From Rhodospirillales bacterium (GTDB lineage: Bacteria; Pseudomonadota; Alphaproteobacteria; Rhodospirillales; JAPHRK01), in assembly GCA_026196105.1 (NCBI GenBank), contig JAPHRK010000002.1:12566-76565 (forward strand): DNA of 64,000 nt, written 5' to 3'. The position numbers and the translations under genes were made by a program. Positions 31,340 through 39,722 of this stretch are shown one piece after another. Position 1 is the stretch's first letter. Each line of letters begins with the position of its first letter. The notes below the pieces were generated by a model. That model was not told where the DNA came from. It saw only the letters and a program-made list of their open reading frames with translations, and searched no databases.

Positions 31340-31654
31340 TTAATTTAAGATTTTTTCCCAGAACCCTTTCTTTTTAGGGGGAGTTTTTTTCTTTCTAGGG
31401 GTTCTGCTTATCGTTTCTTTTTTTGGCTTTTTCGCTACTCGTTCTTCAGACAAATTATGGGAATAGAAAACCTTTTGGCCACCATTGGTAATATCGTAAT
31501 AGACAACACGGTTTATTGAAGAGTCAGTTTTACAACGAGATACAGCATCGCTTTGAGCCTGAATTTTATTAGCGATAGAGTCAGTAACAACCATTTGGCC
31601 ATCTTTAACGTTTTGGCCTTTTTTACAGATATAAATCTCTACTACTTCAATCAT
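31340..31654 (-). CDS. Hypothetical 104-aa protein with a Lys/Pro-rich basic tail
   Basis: ORF track. The ATG overlaps the tag stop in an ATGATTGA arrangement (8-nt overlap), implying co-translation. The C-terminal 35 aa are KKPKKETISRTPRKKKTPPKKKGFWEKILN-like. I recognise no family. Confidence 0.55.
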   Translation of the reverse strand: MIEVVEIYICKKGQNVKDGQMVVTDSIANKIQAQSDAVSRCKTDSSINRVVYYDITNGGQKVFYSHNLSEERVAKKPKKETISRTPRKKKTPPKKKGFWEKILN

Positions 31655-32186
31655 TGTTCATCCATGGCGGGTTTAATTGGGCAATTTTTTTATAGGTCGG
31701 ACAATTCTTATGATGGCTCCCCGGCAAATAGCCAATGCTCATAAGAAATTCCCCGGTAATTTCGCCCCCGGTAAACTTAAAAGTTTTCTTGAACAATTTA
31801 ACCCAATCCGCCTTTTCAAGGGGATGTTGAGTTGCAATCCAGTTCGCGAATGCCCCATATTCCTCCTCAAGGGTTAATATTCGGTTGGCATTTTCAATAA
31901 TTGCATCGATTTTTAAGCGATTACGGATGATTCCAGCATTATTAAGCAATCTTTCCCGGTCTTTTTCCCCATAGGCAGCAACTTTGTTTAAATCAAAGCC
32001 GTCAAAAGCCACATAAAAGTTGTCTTTTTTCTTCAATACCGTGAGCCAGGACAGCCCCGCCTGCATAATTTCCAGACACAACCTCTCAAAAAGGCAATTA
32101 CTATCCGTCAGAGGAAAACCATATTCCGTATCGTGGTAAGGTCCATGAAAGGGATGGTTTATGGAGGATTCACAATAGGCTGACAT
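31647..32186 (-). CDS. tag: DNA-3-methyladenine glycosylase I
   Basis: 179 aa, LCLEIMQAGLSWLTVLKKKDNF...IIRNRLKI..., typical of Tag. Confidence 0.9.
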   Translation of the reverse strand: MSAYCESSINHPFHGPYHDTEYGFPLTDSNCLFERLCLEIMQAGLSWLTVLKKKDNFYVAFDGFDLNKVAAYGEKDRERLLNNAGIIRNRLKIDAIIENANRILTLEEEYGAFANWIATQHPLEKADWVKLFKKTFKFTGGEITGEFLMSIGYLPGSHHKNCPTYKKIAQLNPPWMNND

Positions 32187-32260
32187 AAGAATAGTCCTTC
32201 ATGCTAGCTGTTTACTAGTTATCAAAAAGCATAGCCTATTAAGTTATAGTGCTGATTTTA

Positions 32261-32806
32261 TTATACTAAATCTATACCAATGACATATATTGGAACTTGA
32301 ATTGCGCTCTTAAAATGAGGAAGATATCTGCAAACTTTTTCAAAGCTGAGTGAGCCTTCCCAGTTTTGAGCATTTTCTTTTTTCATTCTTTTTTGAAAAT
32401 TTTTGGTAGTGGTTACATAGAGTCCTACATCAATTTTATCTAATTCTGAATATGAACTAATTTGAAATTTCAACAAATCTATACCAATAAATGAAGAATG
32501 CCCAAACTCAACTTCAATTCCGACTCTTTCTTTCAAAAAATCCATTCTTGCCAAAGGTTGGTTTGGTTCTCCAAACACTGCAGGTTGGCTTTCCCAACCA
32601 GCTTTGACAAAACGCTTGTCCAATTCTGCATTAAAATTTGGACGAGACAAACCTTCTATATTCATTGATGTATCCGTAAGGATATCTTCACATTCTTGCT
32701 TAAGAACAAGTTTGCTATTTAAAACCTGCTCAGCAAAGCGATAAGAAAATTTTCTAAGAATAATGCTCATTTTAGAAAGTTGATTACATAAAGAAGTTTT
32801 TTGCAA
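32261..32806 (-). CDS. BglII-like PD-(D/E)XK restriction-endonuclease-fold protein (solitary)
   Basis: MDFLKERVGIEVEFGHSSF gives D-x8-E-x-E with the same spacing as BglII D84/E93/Q95 (recalled BglII: IDFGKRDTLVEVQFSNYPF). GWES matches BglII HWKN, VGLYVTTTKNF matches VAIIITKGHMF, and VPIYVIGID matches VPIRLVGLI. The start is uncertain (TTG 32806 or ATG 32770); neither has a clear Shine-Dalgarno. The gene is visibly AT-richer than its neighbours. Confidence 0.6.
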   Translation of the reverse strand: MQKTSLCNQLSKMSIILRKFSYRFAEQVLNSKLVLKQECEDILTDTSMNIEGLSRPNFNAELDKRFVKAGWESQPAVFGEPNQPLARMDFLKERVGIEVEFGHSSFIGIDLLKFQISSYSELDKIDVGLYVTTTKNFQKRMKKENAQNWEGSLSFEKVCRYLPHFKSAIQVPIYVIGIDLV

Positions 32807-32862
32807 CTAGAAACTGAATGCAAGGCAAACAACATCTACTACTTACTGAGTTGATTGCCATT

Positions 32863-33075
32863 TCAGCCTCCTTTAATCTCAATGATGTTCAAGACCATAA
32901 AGGCCTCAATCACGGCCCACATAGCTCCAGCAACAAGGCTGATAAAGGCGAAGCGAAGGAGCAAGCTTGGGTTAGGCCTGCCTTCAGCAATGTTTCGGCG
33001 CCCTAAAAGGACAAAGACCATGAACACCATCCACCACAAAATCAGATAGGTGATAACGCCCACGGTCATTGTCAT
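32863..33075 (-). CDS. DUF1467-family small membrane protein
   Basis: 70 aa with two TM helices. N-terminal ITYLILWWMVFMVFVL resembles the (I/F)IIWW motif of DUF1467. The position next to mce is conserved in alphaproteobacteria. Confidence 0.6.
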   Translation of the reverse strand: MTMTVGVITYLILWWMVFMVFVLLGRRNIAEGRPNPSLLLRFAFISLVAGAMWAVIEAFMVLNIIEIKGG

Positions 33076-33080
33076 GGTAT

Positions 33081-33485
33081 TTAAGCCTGTTCTAGCTCAG
33101 TCAAGGTGCCAAGGAACTCCTTCGGATGGAGGAAAAGAACCGGTTTTCCATGTGCACCAATTTTAGGTTCACCATTTCCAAGGATACGAGCGCCTTCTGC
33201 TTTTAGCTTATCCCGAGCAACAATAATGTCTTCAACCTCGTAACAAACATGATGCATGCCACCAGCAGGGTTTTTATCAAGGAAAGCCTGGATAGGGGAA
33301 TTTTCTCCTAAAGGATGCAAAAACTCGATCTTGGTGTTTTCTAACTCGACAAAAACAACGGTTACACCGTGATCAGGTTCGTCTTTTGGCTCAGATACTT
33401 TTGCTCCCAAGGTTCCTCGATACATAGCCGTCGCAGCGGCTAAATCTGGAACGGCAATAGCGACGTGATTAAGTTTTCCAATCAT
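33081..33485 (-). CDS. mce: Methylmalonyl-CoA epimerase (VOC family)
   Basis: 134 aa, MIGKLNHVAIAVPDL...GGMHHVCYEVEDI... Confidence 0.88.
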   Translation of the reverse strand: MIGKLNHVAIAVPDLAAATAMYRGTLGAKVSEPKDEPDHGVTVVFVELENTKIEFLHPLGENSPIQAFLDKNPAGGMHHVCYEVEDIIVARDKLKAEGARILGNGEPKIGAHGKPVLFLHPKEFLGTLTELEQA

Positions 33486-33512
33486 CTTTCAATCTCACAA
33501 ATAGTAGGTTTA

Positions 33513-35180
33513 TCAAACTCTTATAACATGTACATCAACAATTGGCCGTTTGTTAAGTAACTTCTTAAAGCAACGACGGGTGCCAATTCGCACCGCTTCA
33601 TTGACGGCTTGGTCATCTTTCTTACTGGCTCGGTCCATTTTGGTTAAAGCCCCATGGATGGCATCAACAACATCATCCATAAGATCTTCATCCCCCTCAT
33701 CGAGGACCAATCCTTGTGTCGTTATTTGAGGCTCTGCAATCAACAACCCTTTTTGATCTATCACAATAGATACTACGGCTGAACCGTTATACAAGACTCT
33801 GGTCCGAGAACGTTGAATAAGGCTATTCAAGTCCACAAGGCGATTACCCTCAAAAACAATCCGCCCCGTATGAACCGTATCAACAATGGTAGCAGGCCCC
33901 GGAGCTAATCTCAGCATTTCGCCATTTTCAATGACAACAGCTTCATCAACTTCACACTCAACAGCTAATTCAGCATTTGCGTTGAGATGTCGCAACTCAC
34001 CATGCATGGGAACGGCTATTTCAGGACGAACTAAATCATACATGAGCTCAAGCTCTTCTTGAGCCGGGTGACCGGAGACGTGAATAAAGGCGTCACGATC
34101 TGTGATAATACTCACCCCATTACGCACTAGAGCATTCTGTAATCGGCCAATAGAGCGCTCATTCCCCGGAATAACGCGGGAGGAGAAGATAACAGCATCC
34201 CCTTCCCCAAGATTCACATGGGGATGATCACCAGCCACAATCCGCGCCAAGGCAGCTCGAGGTTCCCCTTGGGAACCCGTGCAGATCATCAAAATCTTAT
34301 CATCGGGGATAAAACTCATATCCTTTTCGTCGATAAAATTGGGAATATCTTTCAAATAGCCATTTTCACGTGCCACTTCTTCAATTCGGCGCAGAGACCG
34401 CCCGACAATCGCAACAGCCCTGCCGTTGGCATGTGCTGCCCTTGCAATCGTTTCAAGGCGTGCAACGTTACTGGCAAAGCAAGCCAAAGCGACTTTGTTT
34501 TTAAAACGACCAATGACTTCTGTCATCGGTTCTAACAAAGCGCCTTCCGATTTAGACGTTCCGGGGCTAAAGACATTGGTTGAATCACAAACCAGCGCTA
34601 AAACGCCCTCATCACCAATTTCCTCAAGCCGTTTTTCATTGGCAACATCACCAATTACCGGGGCCGGATCAAACTTGAAATCTCCTGAGTGAACAACTGT
34701 GCCAAGAGGCGTACGCAAGACGAGAGCATTCGGCTCGACAATTGAATGGGTCATCGAGACATACTCAATATCAAACGGGCCAACCTTAACCGTACCGCCT
34801 AAGTCAACTTCGGTTATCCTTGCGGCCCGTTTGAAAGTAGTTTCGTCCAACTTACGGCGCAAGAATGATGCGGTGAAGGGGGTTGCATAGATGGGGCATT
34901 GAAGCTGTTCCCACAAATATGGAATAGCACCAACATGGTCTTCATGAGCGTGTGTGAGGACGATTCCGGCTAAGGCATGGCGATTTTGGGCAATAAATTC
35001 TGGATCTGCCATCAAGACATCAACACCAGGAGCGGTATCGTCTCCAAAGGTGATACCACAATCAACGATAATCCATTCCTGTTCCCCAGGTTTGCCATAC
35101 CCATAAAGATAAAAGTTCATACCGATCTCACCTGCCCCACCAAGGGGGAGGTAAAGGAGTTCTTTTTGTTGTTTCGTCAT
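33513..35180 (-). CDS. rnj: Ribonuclease J (metallo-beta-lactamase / beta-CASP)
   Basis: 555 aa with the HAHEDHVGA motif, beta-CASP region and C-terminal domain. Conserved position downstream of nuo-birA-coaX. Confidence 0.9.
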   Translation of the reverse strand: MTKQQKELLYLPLGGAGEIGMNFYLYGYGKPGEQEWIIVDCGITFGDDTAPGVDVLMADPEFIAQNRHALAGIVLTHAHEDHVGAIPYLWEQLQCPIYATPFTASFLRRKLDETTFKRAARITEVDLGGTVKVGPFDIEYVSMTHSIVEPNALVLRTPLGTVVHSGDFKFDPAPVIGDVANEKRLEEIGDEGVLALVCDSTNVFSPGTSKSEGALLEPMTEVIGRFKNKVALACFASNVARLETIARAAHANGRAVAIVGRSLRRIEEVARENGYLKDIPNFIDEKDMSFIPDDKILMICTGSQGEPRAALARIVAGDHPHVNLGEGDAVIFSSRVIPGNERSIGRLQNALVRNGVSIITDRDAFIHVSGHPAQEELELMYDLVRPEIAVPMHGELRHLNANAELAVECEVDEAVVIENGEMLRLAPGPATIVDTVHTGRIVFEGNRLVDLNSLIQRSRTRVLYNGSAVVSIVIDQKGLLIAEPQITTQGLVLDEGDEDLMDDVVDAIHGALTKMDRASKKDDQAVNEAVRIGTRRCFKKLLNKRPIVDVHVIRV

Positions 35181-35953
35181 AAACCTTTGTTTCTCTTATG
35201 TATTTCCCAGAGCCCTCGTAAGGTTATATCTGGATCAGTAAATTGAATAATTTTGCTGGCATCTGCAAGAATGGGAGCAAGGCCGCCGGTGGCAATCACT
35301 TTCATAGATTGCCCGAACTCGCCTTTAATTCGCATCACCATGCCCTCAAGCATGGAAACATATCCCCAAAAAATACCAGATTGCATAGCTTCAACAGTAT
35401 TTTTACCTATAACTTTAGCAGGTTTATCCAGGCTCACACGGGGTAACTTAGCTGCAGCCATATACAGGGCATCAATTGAGAGGTTAATGCCTGGAGCAAT
35501 CGCCCCCCCACAATATTGGCCTTCTTCATTCACCACATCAAAAGTGGTCGCCGTGCCAAAATCAATAATGATTAGAGGTCCCTCATGCTTTAGGTGGGCC
35601 GCAATACTGTTCACAAGCCGATCGGCCCCAACTTCTTCAGGGCGCTCAAGCAAGACATCAATCCCTAGCTCAAGCCCTTCTTCCCCAACAACTAAAGCAT
35701 CACAGTCAAAGTATCTTTTACTCAGGGCTTTGAGGTTAAAGATGGTTGCTGGTACGACAGATGAAATAATGACATCCGAAATCTGTACGCAGTCGATGTG
35801 GTTCCAATCAAGAAGCTGAGTTAGCCATACGCCATATTCGTCAGCTGTACGTTTACCATCACTGGAAATACGCCATTCATCCTGAACGTTCCCCTGCCCA
35901 TCAAAAACAGCGAAAACGATATTGGTATTGCCTACATCGATAGCTAATAACAT
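35177..35953 (-). CDS. coaX: Type III pantothenate kinase
   Basis: MLLAIDVGNTN...IIIDFGTATT (ASKHA fold). ATG at 35953 lies 4 nt after the birA stop; the track start at 36022 is an extension. Confidence 0.92.
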   Translation of the reverse strand: MLLAIDVGNTNIVFAVFDGQGNVQDEWRISSDGKRTADEYGVWLTQLLDWNHIDCVQISDVIISSVVPATIFNLKALSKRYFDCDALVVGEEGLELGIDVLLERPEEVGADRLVNSIAAHLKHEGPLIIIDFGTATTFDVVNEEGQYCGGAIAPGINLSIDALYMAAAKLPRVSLDKPAKVIGKNTVEAMQSGIFWGYVSMLEGMVMRIKGEFGQSMKVIATGGLAPILADASKIIQFTDPDITLRGLWEIHKRNKGL

Positions 35954-35957
35954 TTGC

Positions 35958-36701
35958 TCAACCCTTCTGAGGAAAGAAAACATCCGCAGCAGTAATGTGC
36001 CGCTCTTTTCCTTCAGTCTCAAGAATCAATGCGCCGTCTTGCCCTAAACCTTTGAATATTCCTTCGATGGTTTCATCGGGAAGCCGGGCGGTAATCGGGC
36101 CACCAATGCCTTTTGCCCGTTGCATCCAGGCTGAACGAACAACAGAGAACCCAAACTCCCGCCATCGATCGAGCCAAATTTGGAACTGCTCCGCAAAGGC
36201 AGTGACCATTGCCTCAACTGTATAGATATCCCCTAAAGCTGTCGCAGGGTACTCTGTGTCTTCAGGGTAATGAGAAACATTAATGCCCACACCAATAACT
36301 ACCCAGTCAGGTGTCTTAGCGACAGGATCAATAGTCGCAGCGCATTCCAGCAAGATACCTGCTACTTTTTTATCTTCAACCAGCACATCATTAGGCCATT
36401 TGCACTGAATTTTGGGAGCATAGGGGCCACCGACAGCTTCTATGGCGTCGCAAACAACTAATGACGTGAGAAAACTAAGGTTTGAGGCCTCTAAGAAGCT
36501 GCATCCAGGTCTCGAAATAAGGCTGAGATAAACATTTCCAGGGTTTGAAACCCATTCACGACCTCGACGGCCCCGACCACTGGATTGCTGTTTTGACCAC
36601 ACGAGCGTGTTGTCCTGCGTGCCCTCATCCGCTAATTGCTTGGCATAAACATTGGTGCTGTCGATAGACTCAAGAGCCACCAGCTTAAAGGCTGGTGGCA
36701 T
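35958..36701 (-). CDS. birA: Biotin--[acetyl-CoA-carboxylase] ligase (no HTH; class I)
   Basis: GRGRRGREW signature and KWPNDV. ATG at 36701 gives MPPAFKLVALESIDSTN; the longer track ORF overlaps nuoN. Confidence 0.9.
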   Translation of the reverse strand: MPPAFKLVALESIDSTNVYAKQLADEGTQDNTLVWSKQQSSGRGRRGREWVSNPGNVYLSLISRPGCSFLEASNLSFLTSLVVCDAIEAVGGPYAPKIQCKWPNDVLVEDKKVAGILLECAATIDPVAKTPDWVVIGVGINVSHYPEDTEYPATALGDIYTVEAMVTAFAEQFQIWLDRWREFGFSVVRSAWMQRAKGIGGPITARLPDETIEGIFKGLGQDGALILETEGKERHITAADVFFPQKG

Positions 36702-36726
36702 CTTAGGTGTAGATTGTGTGCTCAAG

Positions 36727-38184
36727 TTATCCGGCAAAGAGCGACGCTGCTGCAGCGCCAGCGCTATCAAGGATAGGAGCCGGGTAAGCGAAGAACATCA
36801 GGATGACAAAGCCAGTACCAGCTAAAATTGCCACCATATCTTTGCCGATAGGTGCATCGAATGCTTCCGTAGATTCATCGAAGTACATCACTTTGATGAT
36901 ACGGATGTAATAGAAAGCACCAACCACACTAGCAAGAACACCGATGATTGCTAGTGTAAACATTCCGGCTTCGATTGCGGCGAGGAAGACATAAAGTTTA
37001 CCGAAGAAACCAGCGAGCGGTGGAATGCCAGCCATGGAGAACATGAAGATTGCCAACACAGCCGCCATAGCAGGATTGCTTTTACCCAAACCAGCGAGAT
37101 CACTAATATTTTCAACGCTTTCCCCATTACGGGTCATGCACAAGATACAAGCAAAGGTACCAACATTCATGAACAGGTATATGGCGAGGTAAACAAGAAC
37201 AGCTTGAACACCCGCTTGGTTCCCTACAGCGATACCGATCAAAGCAAAACCAATATGTCCAATGGAACTATAAGCCATCATACGTTTGATATTGGTTTGA
37301 GCAATCGCCGCGAAAGCACCAAGAAGCATGGAGCCTATCGAGATAAAGACAATAATTTGCTGCCACTGAGACACCAACTCGCCAAAAGGACCGATCATAA
37401 CCCGCATTAGCAAAGCAACAGCGGCAATTTTAGGCGCAACAGCGAAGTAAGCTGTCACAGGGGTTGGAGCCCCTTCGTAAACATCTGGTGTCCACATGTG
37501 GAACGGTACGGCTGAAATCTTGAAAGCCAAACCAGCTAACATGAAGACAATACCAACAACCAAGCCAACGGAAACATGCCCATCAGCATTTTGGAATTGT
37601 TGAGCTAGAGCATCAAAGTTAGTAGTTCCGGTAAAGCCGTAGATCATGGAGCTACCGTAAAGCAGCATGCCTGAGGCCAAAGCGCCAAGAACAAAATACT
37701 TCACACCCGCTTCAGAAGATTTCAAATCATCACGACGGAAAGCCGCCAGGATATACAAAGACAAGCTTTGCAGCTCTAAACCAACATAGAGAGACAACAG
37801 ATCGTTAGCCGACACCATCATCATCATGCCCAAGGTGGAGAGCAAAATTAAAATTGAATATTCGAATTTGTTTGAATCAACCCGCTTAAGATAACTCTGA
37901 GACATAACTAAGGTCAGCAAAGACCCCAAAAGGATCAAAAATTTAGCAAAAGCGCTATATTGATCAGCAATAAACAAGCCGTTAAAGGTGGTTACAGTCC
38001 CTTGCGAGAAGGCCACCAGGATAAGCATTGCCAAAGCCAGGGTAATCGTACTCAGGAAAGCAATAGTTTTACCTGCACCTTCTTTTTGAAATACGCCAAG
38101 GACCAGAAGAACCATGGCGACGCAGGCGATGAACAGTTCCGGCATGGCCGGGACTAGGTTCGGAAATTCCGCACTCGTCATCAA
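36727..38184 (-). CDS. nuoN: NADH-quinone oxidoreductase subunit N
   Basis: 485-aa polytopic antiporter-like subunit, last gene of the nuo operon. Confidence 0.93.
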   Translation of the reverse strand: MMTSAEFPNLVPAMPELFIACVAMVLLVLGVFQKEGAGKTIAFLSTITLALAMLILVAFSQGTVTTFNGLFIADQYSAFAKFLILLGSLLTLVMSQSYLKRVDSNKFEYSILILLSTLGMMMMVSANDLLSLYVGLELQSLSLYILAAFRRDDLKSSEAGVKYFVLGALASGMLLYGSSMIYGFTGTTNFDALAQQFQNADGHVSVGLVVGIVFMLAGLAFKISAVPFHMWTPDVYEGAPTPVTAYFAVAPKIAAVALLMRVMIGPFGELVSQWQQIIVFISIGSMLLGAFAAIAQTNIKRMMAYSSIGHIGFALIGIAVGNQAGVQAVLVYLAIYLFMNVGTFACILCMTRNGESVENISDLAGLGKSNPAMAAVLAIFMFSMAGIPPLAGFFGKLYVFLAAIEAGMFTLAIIGVLASVVGAFYYIRIIKVMYFDESTEAFDAPIGKDMVAILAGTGFVILMFFAYPAPILDSAGAAAASLFAG

Positions 38185-38200
38185 AATTACTCCCTACTCT

Positions 38201-39709
38201 CTAGCGTGCTGCAACAGCGCCATCTCCGGCGGCTGCTACGGCTTGATTAAAGTTGGTGATCAGATTTTCCACAGACACATGCATAACGTCGAGGAAAGTC
38301 ATCGGGTAAATACCCATCCAAATAGTAACAATAGCCAAAGGCGCAAAGATTGCGACCTCACGGGCACTCAAGTCCTTAATGGCTTTTAGGTTGTCTTTAG
38401 TAAGGGCGCCGAAAATGATCCGGCGATAGAGGTACAACATATAAGCGGCACCAAGTACCAACCCAGTGGCAGCAAAAGCAGCCACAATGCTGTTAACTTG
38501 GAAGATACCCATCAACACCAGGATTTCACCAACGAAACCACCTGTTCCTGGCAGGCCAACCGAAGCCAGCATAAAGATCATAAAGGTTAGCGCATAAAAC
38601 GGCATCTTCTCGACTAAACCACCATAAACGGCAATCTCACGGCTATGAACACGGTCGTAAACTACACCCACGATCAAGAAGAGTGCCGCAGAGACCACGC
38701 CGTGGCTCAACATCTGATAGATCGCCCCTTCGATACCATAAATAGTCAAGGAGAAGGCGCCGATGGTAACAAAGGCCATGTGCGCGACAGATGAATAAGC
38801 GATAAGCTTTTTCATATCTTCCTGAGCCAAAGCGACCAAGGAGGTATAAATTATGGCAATAACACTCAAGGTGTAGATCAAAGGCGTGAAATCAACAGTC
38901 GCCAGCGGCAACATGGGAATTGAGAACCGAAGGAACCCGTATCCCCCCATTTTCAAAAGTACACCCGCCAAAATAACCGAACCAGCCGTAGGTGCTTCAA
39001 CGTGAGCATCCGGCAACCAAGTATGGACTGGCCACATAGGAACTTTCACCGCAAAAGAAGCAAAGAAAGCAAGCCAAAGCCAAGTTTGCATTTCCGCAGG
39101 GAAATTATAGGTCAGCAAGGTTGGGATATCGGTCGTACCTGCTTCGAAATACATGGCAAACATGGCCAAGAGCATCAAAACAGAGCCAAGCAATGTATAG
39201 AGAAAGAATTTAAACGATGCGTATACCCGACGAGGGCCACCCCAGATACCGATGATCAGGTACATTGGGATCAAGACACCTTCGAAGAACACATAGAACA
39301 AGATCATGTCCAATGCGCAGAACATGCCGACCATCAAGGTTTCCAGGATCAGGAAGGCAATCATATATTCTTTAATGTGTTTCTTAATCACCACCCAAGC
39401 CGAAAGAATACAGATCGGCGTTAAGAAGGTAGACAAGATCACAAAGAACATGGAAATGCCATCCACGCCCATATGGTAAGAAATACCTAAGGATGGTAGC
39501 CAGGCAGCTTTCTCTGCAAACTGAAAAGTCGCTAAAGAATTGTCGAAATTGCCCCAAATGAACAGTGACATGAAAAAAGTCACGCCGGAGGTAAGCAGAG
39601 CTATGTGTTTAGCCCGTGCTTCATCCTCACCCCTGATCAAGAGCAAAATGATAGCCACGCCCACGAGAGGGGTAAAGGTGACTAACGAAAGGATTGGTAG
39701 ATCGCTCAT
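38201..39709 (-). CDS. nuoM: NADH-quinone oxidoreductase subunit M
   Basis: 502-aa antiporter-like subunit (...[30 protein letters not shown]...). Confidence 0.95.
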   Translation of the reverse strand: MSDLPILSLVTFTPLVGVAIILLLIRGEDEARAKHIALLTSGVTFFMSLFIWGNFDNSLATFQFAEKAAWLPSLGISYHMGVDGISMFFVILSTFLTPICILSAWVVIKKHIKEYMIAFLILETLMVGMFCALDMILFYVFFEGVLIPMYLIIGIWGGPRRVYASFKFFLYTLLGSVLMLLAMFAMYFEAGTTDIPTLLTYNFPAEMQTWLWLAFFASFAVKVPMWPVHTWLPDAHVEAPTAGSVILAGVLLKMGGYGFLRFSIPMLPLATVDFTPLIYTLSVIAIIYTSLVALAQEDMKKLIAYSSVAHMAFVTIGAFSLTIYGIEGAIYQMLSHGVVSAALFLIVGVVYDRVHSREIAVYGGLVEKMPFYALTFMIFMLASVGLPGTGGFVGEILVLMGIFQVNSIVAAFAATGLVLGAAYMLYLYRRIIFGALTKDNLKAIKDLSAREVAIFAPLAIVTIWMGIYPMTFLDVMHVSVENLITNFNQAVAAAGDGAVAAR

Positions 39710-39722
39710 CGTACAGTGACCC

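Noticed and set aside
32212-32852. An imperfect direct repeat, TTACTAGTT (32212-32220) and TTACTGAGTT (32843-32852), flanking the BglII-like gene. It could be a target-site duplication.
   Set aside because: It is only 9 bp, contains an indel, and has no associated inverted repeats or recombinase. It is compatible with chance.
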